Below the pieces are notes generated by a model that saw only the letters and a list, made by a program, of their open reading frames with translations, made no database searches and was not told the DNA's origin. Below, in pieces: positions 15,705 to 24,156 of a DNA stretch of 64,000 nt. Origin of the DNA: an uncultured Bacilli bacterium (GTDB lineage Bacteria; Bacillota_I; Bacilli_A; RFN20; CAG-288); the NCBI GenBank assembly GCA_944371605.1, contig CALVXU010000015.1, positions 9,686 through 73,685 of the forward strand. Reading direction: 5' to 3'. Both the position numbers and the translations under genes were made by a program. Positions within the stretch are counted from its first letter, which is position 1, and each line of letters opens with the position of its first letter.

Positions 15705-17528
15705 TCAATTTTTAATTGAGATATAACTGATATTACCATTTGTATGTGTGACTTTATAATAGAACTGAGCTAAATTAGTCCTAGTGAGAAATTCGATATT
15801 TTTAACTGAAGTATCTAAATTTAAGCCACGATTTCTGCTAAAAGAATAGCCGGTATAAAGAATTGTCCCTGTTGTATCCAATAGCAATGAGCACTGGTTG
15901 AAAGCATCCATAAACTTTCTGCTAAAGCGAGCATTTTCAAATTTTTCATTTGTGCTACTCACTTTTGATGTGACTTTGATTTCATCACTACTGGTCTCGA
16001 CTGCAGCTAGTAAATTATCTTTCGAATTATAAGTATCAAAGCGAGTGACACCAACATATCTTGTAGATAAGTCACCTATGATGTCATCAGAAGATTCATT
16101 GACATAATGATAATAACCAATTTTATCCTTATAAACAAAATTTTGTTCTGAATAAGTTTCGATTGAAGCAAAGCCATTACTCAATGGTTTACTTTCTAAA
16201 ATATAATCAGGTCTAGAAAAGAACGATTGTTTTTTACCATTACAATAAAATAAAAGTCCATCACCAGTCACATCATTGATTCCGATCATATTGCCTTCTC
16301 CAGCACAAGAGACCGAATAATAAGTATTCAATGAATTTGGAGATATCTCTTCAGTTTCTCCATCAGTCTCTTCTCCATCTTCAGAAGAAGAATTTAAAAA
16401 TGATTTGATATCTCCTGAACCTGTTATGGTAAAGGTATAAGAATTTTCTTCATCAACAGTTCCATCAGATTTTAATTTGAATCCAATGAATGAACTGCTA
16501 GCTAAAGATTTATGAGCCACGTGCCACCAAGTCGGTTTATGATATGAATAAGAAACATTCGCATCTAAGCTATTAAAAGTGACAGGAACATATTGTCGCA
16601 AATTAGTTTTTCCATCATCATTGAGGACAAACATCTCGCTTCTCACTATTCCTAATTTTGTATCATTACCTGTCGCTAAAACACATAGCGCTTTTTTGGT
16701 CGGAAGAACAAGGTATTGAACATTCTCACAATCTAAAAGTTTTTGTGAGAAACAATCGGTCGAAAGAATTTCATATTCCTTTTTATTGTCGTCGTCATCA
16801 TAAAAGATAGCTACGCCATTTTGATAAACAACACGATTCTGTCTATCAATATTATCCGTGTATGTCATAGATATATAATCATTAGTATATATGAAATCCA
16901 CCAAAGAAGCATCTTCATATGAAGATTTAGTCAATTCGTAATAAATAGGAAAGCCAGAATTACTATTTATGTTTGATTTTGTTTTTAGATAATAATCATC
17001 TTCTGGACCCGGATCATCATGATTGATAATCTGGGCGTTGATGGTATAACTATTAGTTATAGATATGGAAACATCAGAGAGATTTTCAAATGTAACTCCT
17101 AAATCGACACCTGTTGTTGTATAAAGAGCATAGTTATCCCCTAAGTCAATAGCTGCAAATGGCATATCATCATATATGTGAATAGGTTCATCTGAATATG
17201 GAACAGTCGTGAGATAACTTCTGCTTGTAATAGTATCGCCTAACAAGTAAATATCAACCGTATCTCCATGAGCTATATAACAAAAGCGAGAATAATTTAC
17301 ACCATCGTATTTAGGAAATTGTAAATCTTCAAAATATGAGTTGCTGACAATTGTTGGGGCACCTAAATTTGCATTTCCATTAAAGTCGAAGAAAGAGCCA
17401 TAACTATAAGAACTCTCAACTATATCAGTGTAATCTCTATCATGATAAGAATAACCTGGCGAGTCAAACAAACAAGATGTCAATAATAGTACTGATAAAG
17501 CACAAGGAATAATTGCAATTTTTTTCAT
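15705..17528 (-). CDS. Lipoprotein, last gene of the ESCRT-III/Vps4-like operon
   Basis: MKKIAIIPCALSVLLLTSCLF has a signal peptide with lipobox LLTSC. The 607-aa product is Ser/Thr/Tyr/Asp-rich and looks beta-rich and extracytoplasmic. It begins 18 nt after the preceding gene. Confidence 0.7.
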   Translation of the reverse strand: MKKIAIIPCALSVLLLTSCLFDSPGYSYHDRDYTDIVESSYSYGSFFDFNGNANLGAPTIVSNSYFEDLQFPKYDGVNYSRFCYIAHGDTVDIYLLGDTITSRSYLTTVPYSDEPIHIYDDMPFAAIDLGDNYALYTTTGVDLGVTFENLSDVSISITNSYTINAQIINHDDPGPEDDYYLKTKSNINSNSGFPIYYELTKSSYEDASLVDFIYTNDYISMTYTDNIDRQNRVVYQNGVAIFYDDDDNKKEYEILSTDCFSQKLLDCENVQYLVLPTKKALCVLATGNDTKLGIVRSEMFVLNDDGKTNLRQYVPVTFNSLDANVSYSYHKPTWWHVAHKSLASSSFIGFKLKSDGTVDEENSYTFTITGSGDIKSFLNSSSEDGEETDGETEEISPNSLNTYYSVSCAGEGNMIGINDVTGDGLLFYCNGKKQSFFSRPDYILESKPLSNGFASIETYSEQNFVYKDKIGYYHYVNESSDDIIGDLSTRYVGVTRFDTYNSKDNLLAAVETSSDEIKVTSKVSSTNEKFENARFSRKFMDAFNQCSLLLDTTGTILYTGYSFSRNRGLNLDTSVKNIEFLTRTNLAQFYYKVTHTNGNISYISIKN

Positions 17529-17546
17529 CGTTCAATCCCTCCCCCT

Positions 17547-20500
17547 CTATAGTCCTGGATAATAGAAATTATATAGTAGTCCCATATAATCCTCTTTACT
17601 CATCATGAACTCGACTGCTAAAACTATTGGAACAATAATTCCTGCGATAGCAAATACTGAATTGACTGGATTTCTAAATTTGATGATGTGCGGATGATTG
17701 ACTAAATAGACTAATCCCATCAAAATAGTAGCTGCTAAAGGTAAATATTCAATCAATTTATAATCTGTCTGCACCATGAGATCTTCGAATAGATACACAA
17801 ATGGTATAGCTGCAAAAATTATTGTGAATATAATCGGAATAACTTTTGCCTTGATTCCGTTCCCTGAAAAAATCATCCAAGCGATACCTAGTGGTATAAC
17901 AATGAAAAGGTTGATATACGCATTAGCCATGCCGACGTTGACATGATTAAAATTGAGAAGAGTAAAAGCAAAGGAAGCGAGGATAGCAAAAATAGCATAG
18001 ACGATAGAAGAAGCTTTAAAGTAAGTGGCTGAGAGAGAGGACATGCTCTTTTTCTTATACCTGCCTATAACATTATTAGATTTTTGCTCAGTGGCTGTAC
18101 TTATTTTCGTTTTATACTTACTCAAGATATCAAAAAAGACATATTGTAGACTATCAAATTTCTTACCATTATATTTTCCAGAGCTGAGAGAAGCTAAGAA
18201 CTCAAATGACTCTTCTTTTGTGTTCTCGAAGAGAGTGAGATGAATTTTTTGAATCTCTTTCAAAGTTTTAATAATATTCTTTTTCTCATATTTAATACTC
18301 GCGATAGCAATATCTTGCCACACTTTATGAAAGTCTTTATTCAATGCTTGTGAAGAAGTTATTCTATTCGCTTTGATCAAGTCAGCATTCTTCTCATCTT
18401 CCTTTTGGCTCATAGAAATGATGTTATTATATTCATCTTCAGATTTACCAGTAGTATAATCAGCATTTTCTCCTAACAATAATAAGCCGAAATTGGTTTT
18501 GATGTGCAAAGCTGCTTTCAAATTGATCCAATAAGTCTCACTCGTATCTAATTGTAAAGCGATGAGTTTACCTATGAGTTCCTTAGCATTTTCAAACTTG
18601 CCAATCCATAGATTTCTTTCAGCAAAATCAGTGACAATAGTGTAATAATAATCATTAAATACATCATCGTCCATATATTCTTTAGCATTTGGTAAAATAG
18701 CTAAAACGTTGTTGAATAACAAATAAGCATTTTTACTTTTTTCTCTTAAATACTTAGTGCATAATTCAACGATAGTATTGACATAATTACCTTTAGAATT
18801 ATTGATTTTATAGCCACCTTTTAACATCATTTCAATGGTATTATTAACTTCTGATGGTTTATCAAGAATTTTAACTAAATCAGCATTATTAGAGATTTTA
18901 AACTTCACTAAAAGCTTGTTCCATAATGCAGTCGGATCAGCTTGGAATAACTCTAAAGCTTTATTTTGATATTTGATAGACGAATCAAATTTGCTAACTT
19001 TTCTGAATGCTGACGCGACCTGATCATAATAGCCGATGACTTTATTAGCACCACCGATAGTTAAAACATCATAGATAGCATCACTCATCTTATCCACATC
19101 TTCTACCAAATTCGAATATTTATTATTCTTACTATTAGAAGCGGCTATATGAGTCACAATAGCATTTTGTAGACTATAAGTGATATTTAGCTCATCTTTT
19201 TCATCAATATAACTCAATAAAAACTTATAAAGAGGTATCACATGGACAAATTGTTTAGAATCAGCAGAGTATTTAAGCTGTTCTTTTAAAATGTTGAGTT
19301 TTTCTTTGACATATTCCTCTGGTGCAAAAGAGAAGCATTTCCCTAAAACATCATTCAAGGTTTTCTCATTTAAACTAAAGGCAGTAGTAGACAACCCCAT
19401 CGTCGATGAGTTTTCATCTGCGACTCCATTATAAAGCAAATATAAGCACCAATATGCCTCATAATATTTGTTATTTTTTGCTGTTAAATCTCTTAAAGTT
19501 TTTTCAGCTGATTTACGATATTCAGCAGCTCTCTTCAATTTATTTTTGATTGTAAACGTGACCATCGATCGCATTTTTTCTTTAGCAGAGTCTAAAAGAA
19601 CTGCTTCATCAGCTGGGATGACAATCTTTTCTTTTGAGCCACCTAAAATAGTTTTTTCAATCTTTTTTTCGACGACTTGAATCGGTTTAATCTCGACTTT
19701 AATTTCTTTCTTTTTAACTTTAAACCCGACATTTCTTTGAATAGCCGACTTTAAGATTGCTTGCAAATTGTTATAAAATTGAGGATTGTATTGAAGAGCT
19801 TGCAATTTCTTTAGTTTTGCAGGGAATTGACTGATGTCAACCTTATTAGTGATGACTGGAACAAGAGCTAAGGCTGGATCTTCTTCTCTTCTTTTCAAAT
19901 ATCTCGACCACTCATTTTGAACCCATGGCTGAGTGATATAATCAACCTCATCAGTACAGATTAAAAGAAATACAGGAGCTGTCGATAAAGCATGATAAAT
20001 AATCGGTTCATATTCAGCACCGACTTTTTGCTTTAACGTCTCTTCCGAATAAAATACACGATATCCAGCCGCAGTCAAATTTTCATAAATATCTTTAGCT
20101 ACTTTGTCATCGGCAGTATAACCCTTGCCATCTAATGTGCGCACTTTTAATGATATAAAAATGTCATAAGGATCTTCTGAAGATAGCTTTTCATAAGCCA
20201 ATGAACGAATGTCTTCAAGTTCTTCAGCGCTCGCACGATAATTATCTGCTTGCTTACCTTTAGCATAGTTCAATGCTTGAATCAAGTTAGAATCTTCTAA
20301 ACAATTTCTGTCTGAGAGTCTATTTAAAGTTGGCTTATGGGTGGCATTACCATCTTCATCGACATATAAAATGCCATAATCACAAAGGAATTTTTGAAAA
20401 TATAATTCAGCTAAAATGTTTGTGTTATTCTTTTCATCATTTTTATATTTTACAATCAAATCATCAATATATTCTTCGCATTCTTCAAATTGCAATCTAT

Positions 20501-20663
20501 TTCTTTTTTCATACACACGTTGGATTTTTTCAGTCACATCGGCGTCAAAAGATATGACCGGAAATTCTCTATGACAATAGCTGCATTCAACAACACCATT
20601 GCTGACATCAGTGGACTGTATAGGCGCACCACAATAACTACAGGTCAAGTCTAACACTTCCAT
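17547..20663 (-). CDS. Zinc-ribbon / TIR-like domain / helical-repeat / 5-TM membrane protein
   Basis: N-terminal CSYCGAPIQ...CSYCHREF (CxxC...CxxC). The TIR-like block is YDIFISLKVRTLDGKGYTADDKVAKDIYENLTAAGYRVFYSEETL...VFLLICTDEVDYITQPWVQNEWSRYL (compare TIR_2: vFiSy...a..l...L...G..vf.d....G......i..al..a.v.l.l.s....S.Wv..E). About 550 aa of helical sequence follows. The C-terminal approximately 190 aa holds five hydrophobic helices. I set the start at the ATG at 20663, 8 nt after GGGGAGG; the track TTG is at 20669. Confidence 0.65.
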   Translation of the reverse strand: MEVLDLTCSYCGAPIQSTDVSNGVVECSYCHREFPVISFDADVTEKIQRVYEKRNRLQFEECEEYIDDLIVKYKNDEKNNTNILAELYFQKFLCDYGILYVDEDGNATHKPTLNRLSDRNCLEDSNLIQALNYAKGKQADNYRASAEELEDIRSLAYEKLSSEDPYDIFISLKVRTLDGKGYTADDKVAKDIYENLTAAGYRVFYSEETLKQKVGAEYEPIIYHALSTAPVFLLICTDEVDYITQPWVQNEWSRYLKRREEDPALALVPVITNKVDISQFPAKLKKLQALQYNPQFYNNLQAILKSAIQRNVGFKVKKKEIKVEIKPIQVVEKKIEKTILGGSKEKIVIPADEAVLLDSAKEKMRSMVTFTIKNKLKRAAEYRKSAEKTLRDLTAKNNKYYEAYWCLYLLYNGVADENSSTMGLSTTAFSLNEKTLNDVLGKCFSFAPEEYVKEKLNILKEQLKYSADSKQFVHVIPLYKFLLSYIDEKDELNITYSLQNAIVTHIAASNSKNNKYSNLVEDVDKMSDAIYDVLTIGGANKVIGYYDQVASAFRKVSKFDSSIKYQNKALELFQADPTALWNKLLVKFKISNNADLVKILDKPSEVNNTIEMMLKGGYKINNSKGNYVNTIVELCTKYLREKSKNAYLLFNNVLAILPNAKEYMDDDVFNDYYYTIVTDFAERNLWIGKFENAKELIGKLIALQLDTSETYWINLKAALHIKTNFGLLLLGENADYTTGKSEDEYNNIISMSQKEDEKNADLIKANRITSSQALNKDFHKVWQDIAIASIKYEKKNIIKTLKEIQKIHLTLFENTKEESFEFLASLSSGKYNGKKFDSLQYVFFDILSKYKTKISTATEQKSNNVIGRYKKKSMSSLSATYFKASSIVYAIFAILASFAFTLLNFNHVNVGMANAYINLFIVIPLGIAWMIFSGNGIKAKVIPIIFTIIFAAIPFVYLFEDLMVQTDYKLIEYLPLAATILMGLVYLVNHPHIIKFRNPVNSVFAIAGIIVPIVLAVEFMMSKEDYMGLLYNFYYPGL

Positions 20664-20665
20664 TT

Positions 20666-22105
20666 TCAATTCCTCCCCTTCAGTTTAAATTCAGGCATCT
20701 TTACTTTTTTAAACTCACTATCTAATAGGCATAGTTGATTTTTAATATCTTGTCTCATCCTAATAGCTCTCGAGAGACAATATTTATCGAACAAATCCAA
20801 GTCCACATCTGATACTTTGCGATAATGCGGGAATAAGATTTTCAAATACGCTGTCGCTATTCTCTTCACCGCACTGATATCACGAGTGTCACCATCAACT
20901 TCTTCTAAAAGTTCGTCGACCAAATGATCATAAACAGAATCGTTTCTAAAAAGATGTAGCATCTCAGTAAAATACTCACTGTTTAAAGATAAACCAGTCA
21001 CTTTCATCGACTCGCTCATCCGAGGAATGTCCCAACCACGAATGAAGCCATGAATACGATCTAATAAAGCCGAATCTCTAAAAATCATCGGCAGTTCAGA
21101 AAACATATCGACATTAGTATCCATATCAGCTTCTTTGATATTTCCTAAAAAAACCATTCCAGCATCAGCGATAGTCTTTTTAGTGCCAACAGCAAATTCA
21201 CCATTTTCTAGATATCCTTTCAATGCTCCTTGCATCTCATTCATATCTGGAAAACGAATGGTTTTTATCTCATCTAAAGCGACAACATCATAATTACCGA
21301 TGAGTCCGACCATATGATAGCGCATATCATAAAACAGCTTGGCTCTAGTCATCACACCACCAGAATTGAGCCATACATATTTAGATAAGCGAGAAAAAAC
21401 ATATGATTTTCCAGTCCCCTTCGGTGCCAGTTCAATCAGATTAAGACGCTTTTGAGCGAAAGGTAAAAGTCGAGAAATCATTGTCAGTCGTTCTTCTTCA
21501 TCAGCAAAAGAAGAAGCATTATAATCCATCGCACCCAAAACTAATTCAATCCATTCTTCGATAGAAAATTCTTTTCTGATATTACAAAAGTAATTCGCAT
21601 CTAATCTGTATGGCTTAAAGGCAGTAAACTTCTTAAGATTTATCTTTCTTAAAGTTTTTTTGCCTTGCACGTATTCCATTTTATTCAGAGTGACAACTCC
21701 CCAAAATTCACTATCTAAAGAAACTTTTTCTTCCTTGATTTTTTCCCATGCAAAATCAGATACAACAGTCGAATCAAAATCGACATCTAAATCCGGCATA
21801 GCAAAGGAAACATATCCTTCAGTGAGATTGATATTGATTTTTAATTTTGCTAAAAAAGTTATAGTACCAGAATTCAAAATAATCTCATCTAATAACAGCG
21901 GCCACGAAGTTTTATCCGGAATCAATTCCTTGACTTTTTCAGCTATCAAATTGATGTCATAAGTTCCGTCTTGATTAGCGTATTTTTTAACGATGTAATC
22001 ACGGATAAAAGCAGGAAGCGATAAAGAAGCGAAGAGTGAAGAAGCTTCTTTTTTATATAAAGACATCGGTTCAAAAAACTGTTGTAATTTTTCTTGAGTA
22101 CTCAT
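20666..22105 (-). CDS. BrxL-N-terminal / TIGR02688-like P-loop ATPase (no Lon-protease domain)
   Basis: Walker A LIELAPKGTGKSYVFS and Walker B YDVVALDEIK. The N-terminal region (LPAFIRDYIVKKY...KVKELIPDK...FLAKLKININLTEGYVSFAMPDL...FWGVVTL) is collinear with my recollection of the BrxL N-terminus (VPVYVLEYLLGMY...VK.IL..NYVRPDE...VIDKVTVKLNEK.D.YEA.L.NLG...GGIWC). At 479 aa it matches the TIGR02688 size class rather than full BrxL. Confidence 0.6.
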   Translation of the reverse strand: MSTQEKLQQFFEPMSLYKKEASSLFASLSLPAFIRDYIVKKYANQDGTYDINLIAEKVKELIPDKTSWPLLLDEIILNSGTITFLAKLKININLTEGYVSFAMPDLDVDFDSTVVSDFAWEKIKEEKVSLDSEFWGVVTLNKMEYVQGKKTLRKINLKKFTAFKPYRLDANYFCNIRKEFSIEEWIELVLGAMDYNASSFADEEERLTMISRLLPFAQKRLNLIELAPKGTGKSYVFSRLSKYVWLNSGGVMTRAKLFYDMRYHMVGLIGNYDVVALDEIKTIRFPDMNEMQGALKGYLENGEFAVGTKKTIADAGMVFLGNIKEADMDTNVDMFSELPMIFRDSALLDRIHGFIRGWDIPRMSESMKVTGLSLNSEYFTEMLHLFRNDSVYDHLVDELLEEVDGDTRDISAVKRIATAYLKILFPHYRKVSDVDLDLFDKYCLSRAIRMRQDIKNQLCLLDSEFKKVKMPEFKLKGRN

Positions 22106-22106
22106 A

Positions 22107-23576
22107 TTAAATTCCTAAATCATTTTCTTCGATCGGAGAAGAAATCTTAATCATGAATGAACATACTACATTTTTATCGAAAACATCCACTTGATATTCA
22201 CCTGCTTTTTCAATCTTAAAAAGATTGCTCTTATAATTTTTGATATCTTTAGTAGTAGCTACTTTTTGCCCATTCACAGAAATATAAATTGAATCATGTT
22301 GACCGCTTAGATAAAACTCAACCTGATAAAGATTTGTAGGACTATAGTCAAGTTCTCTATTCTTAACTATCAGTTCTTCATCAAGCGGAATATCTTGCTT
22401 AACACGGTTGTTTAGTGATTGTGTAGAAACATCATGAAGAGTCTTTTGAGAGCTATCGACTCCAGCATATTTTTCATATTCTTTAATATCTTTGATGTCG
22501 ATGTGTTTCCTAATTTCATCTGCCTCTCTGATAAAGTCTGCCATAGTGATATTGACAATCGTGTCACCTTTAAACGAAGCTACTAATGCGCGTTCTTTGG
22601 CTTTATCACATAAAAGGAACATATCAGCTCCAGAAAAATTATCAGTTATAGCCGCTAATTGATTAATGTCAACATCAGAATCCAAAGGTAATTTACTTAC
22701 ATTCTTAATAAGCATTCTTTTTCTTTCTTCATAATTTGGTAGTCTGATATAAATCTTTGTAGAAAAGCGGCCACTTCTTAATGCAGCACTATCAATACTC
22801 CAAGGTTTATTAGTAGAACCTAATAACAACAGATTAGGATTCTTTCCTGTGAAGCCATCAATCTGCTGTAAAAATTCATTTACACGGCGATCGTTATGTA
22901 TATCTAGACCGCGTGAGGCGAATAGAGTATCCATCTCATCGATGAAAATGATGCTTCTTTCATCTTTGCCTACAGCCTCAAATAATGAAGCGATATTTTT
23001 TTCAGATTCTCCAACCCACTTAGAAACAATATCAGATGAACGGACTAGATAAAACTTAGCTTTCACTTCATGGGCAACTGCTTTCGCTAACATCGTTTTA
23101 CCAGTGCCAGGCGGGCCATATAACAAAACTCCGCCACCGCTTTGTTTCTGATAAATCTTATATTTTTCTGGATACATCAAAGGATAGATCATGGCGATCT
23201 TTATCTCTTCTTTCGCCTCATCTAAACCGATGATATCATCGAATGAAACGTCTGGTGCTTCAGTGCATTGCCATATTTTTTTATCATCATCGCTATTAGC
23301 TTTATTTTTAATACCATTTGCTTTGTTTGTAGGAGCACGAGATGTATTCATGTTTTCTAATGTTAAATCATCAGCATATTTGACAAGTCTATTGGCTTTT
23401 TCTATCCGGGCTTTTTTTAATTCAGTTGTGGAAGATTTGCTCGCTAAAAGCAACTGCTGAGCAGCTAAATAATAATTGCGCTTAGCAAGATCAAGATTAC
23501 CATTAGCTTCATATTGTTTGGCTAAACGAAGATAATGGTCATATTTGTCCATTAAAAAGCTAACATTATTACCCAT
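22107..23576 (-). CDS. MIT-domain AAA+ ATPase of the Vps4/katanin/spastin (meiotic) clade, with an extra C-terminal beta-rich domain
   Basis: The N-terminus YLRLAKQYEANGNLDLAKRNYYLAAQQLLLASK...KARIEKANRLVKYADDL is MIT-like. The AAA core is VLLYGPPGTGKTMLAKAVAHE, SSDIVSKWVGESEK (compare Vps4 SSDLVSKWMGESEK), IIFIDEMD, GSTNKPWSIDSAALRSGRFSTKIYIRLP (compare Vps4 [25 protein letters not shown]). Confidence 0.8.
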   Translation of the reverse strand: MGNNVSFLMDKYDHYLRLAKQYEANGNLDLAKRNYYLAAQQLLLASKSSTTELKKARIEKANRLVKYADDLTLENMNTSRAPTNKANGIKNKANSDDDKKIWQCTEAPDVSFDDIIGLDEAKEEIKIAMIYPLMYPEKYKIYQKQSGGGVLLYGPPGTGKTMLAKAVAHEVKAKFYLVRSSDIVSKWVGESEKNIASLFEAVGKDERSIIFIDEMDTLFASRGLDIHNDRRVNEFLQQIDGFTGKNPNLLLLGSTNKPWSIDSAALRSGRFSTKIYIRLPNYEERKRMLIKNVSKLPLDSDVDINQLAAITDNFSGADMFLLCDKAKERALVASFKGDTIVNITMADFIREADEIRKHIDIKDIKEYEKYAGVDSSQKTLHDVSTQSLNNRVKQDIPLDEELIVKNRELDYSPTNLYQVEFYLSGQHDSIYISVNGQKVATTKDIKNYKSNLFKIEKAGEYQVDVFDKNVVCSFMIKISSPIEENDLGI

Positions 23577-24156
23577 TGAGTTTTTCCTGTAGTTTCTTAT
23601 CTAAATCAGCAAGAGATGCCTCGACATCATCCTTTTTGCCGTCTTGATTAATTTCTTCATTTATTAAAGACATGATTTCATCATTAGAAATATTACTGGC
23701 TTCAGAGACATTAGAGAATGAATCTTTAGAATCATCTAAAAACAGTTCCATTCTCTCTTGTTGTTTTTCAGTAGAAGCCATCGCTAAGCTGAATTGCTTA
23801 GAGACTTGTGCGAATTGCTTGTCATCTGTGAGTTTGACCATATCCTTAGAAAGAGAAGACATTCCATTCAAAAATTCAGACGTGGTTTGCAACATATCTT
23901 TCAAAGAGACCATGATTTCAAAATTGATTTTCATCTCACGAATCTTTTTCTCTTGTGCTAATGCACTTTTTAAAGCAGAAATCGCTAAAGATAGCTCATT
24001 ATCTAAGCCATGCAGCTTAGCTTCTTTAGCTTTTTCAATATAAATCTGTTTTTGCTCTTCTAACTTCTTCAATTGTTTCGTCATTTGAGCGATAGTTTTC
24101 TTCAAGGTTAACTTTTTTTCAAATTCTTTTTCTTCCTTACTTTTAAATATTGACAT
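23569..24156 (-). CDS. ESCRT-III (CHMP/Snf7)-like coiled-coil protein with C-terminal MIM-like helix
   Basis: 195 aa with a basic N-terminal half, an acidic C-terminal half and a long helical hairpin pattern. It is collinear with CHMP2-type proteins; for example, FAQVSKQFSLAMASTEKQQERMELFLDD aligns with LPQIQKIMMEFERQAEIMDMKEEMMNDAIDD. The C-terminus ASLADLDKKLQEKLNG resembles the MIM1 motif (CHMP2A ADLEERLKNLRR). Confidence 0.6.
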   Translation of the reverse strand: MSIFKSKEEKEFEKKLTLKKTIAQMTKQLKKLEEQKQIYIEKAKEAKLHGLDNELSLAISALKSALAQEKKIREMKINFEIMVSLKDMLQTTSEFLNGMSSLSKDMVKLTDDKQFAQVSKQFSLAMASTEKQQERMELFLDDSKDSFSNVSEASNISNDEIMSLINEEINQDGKKDDVEASLADLDKKLQEKLNG

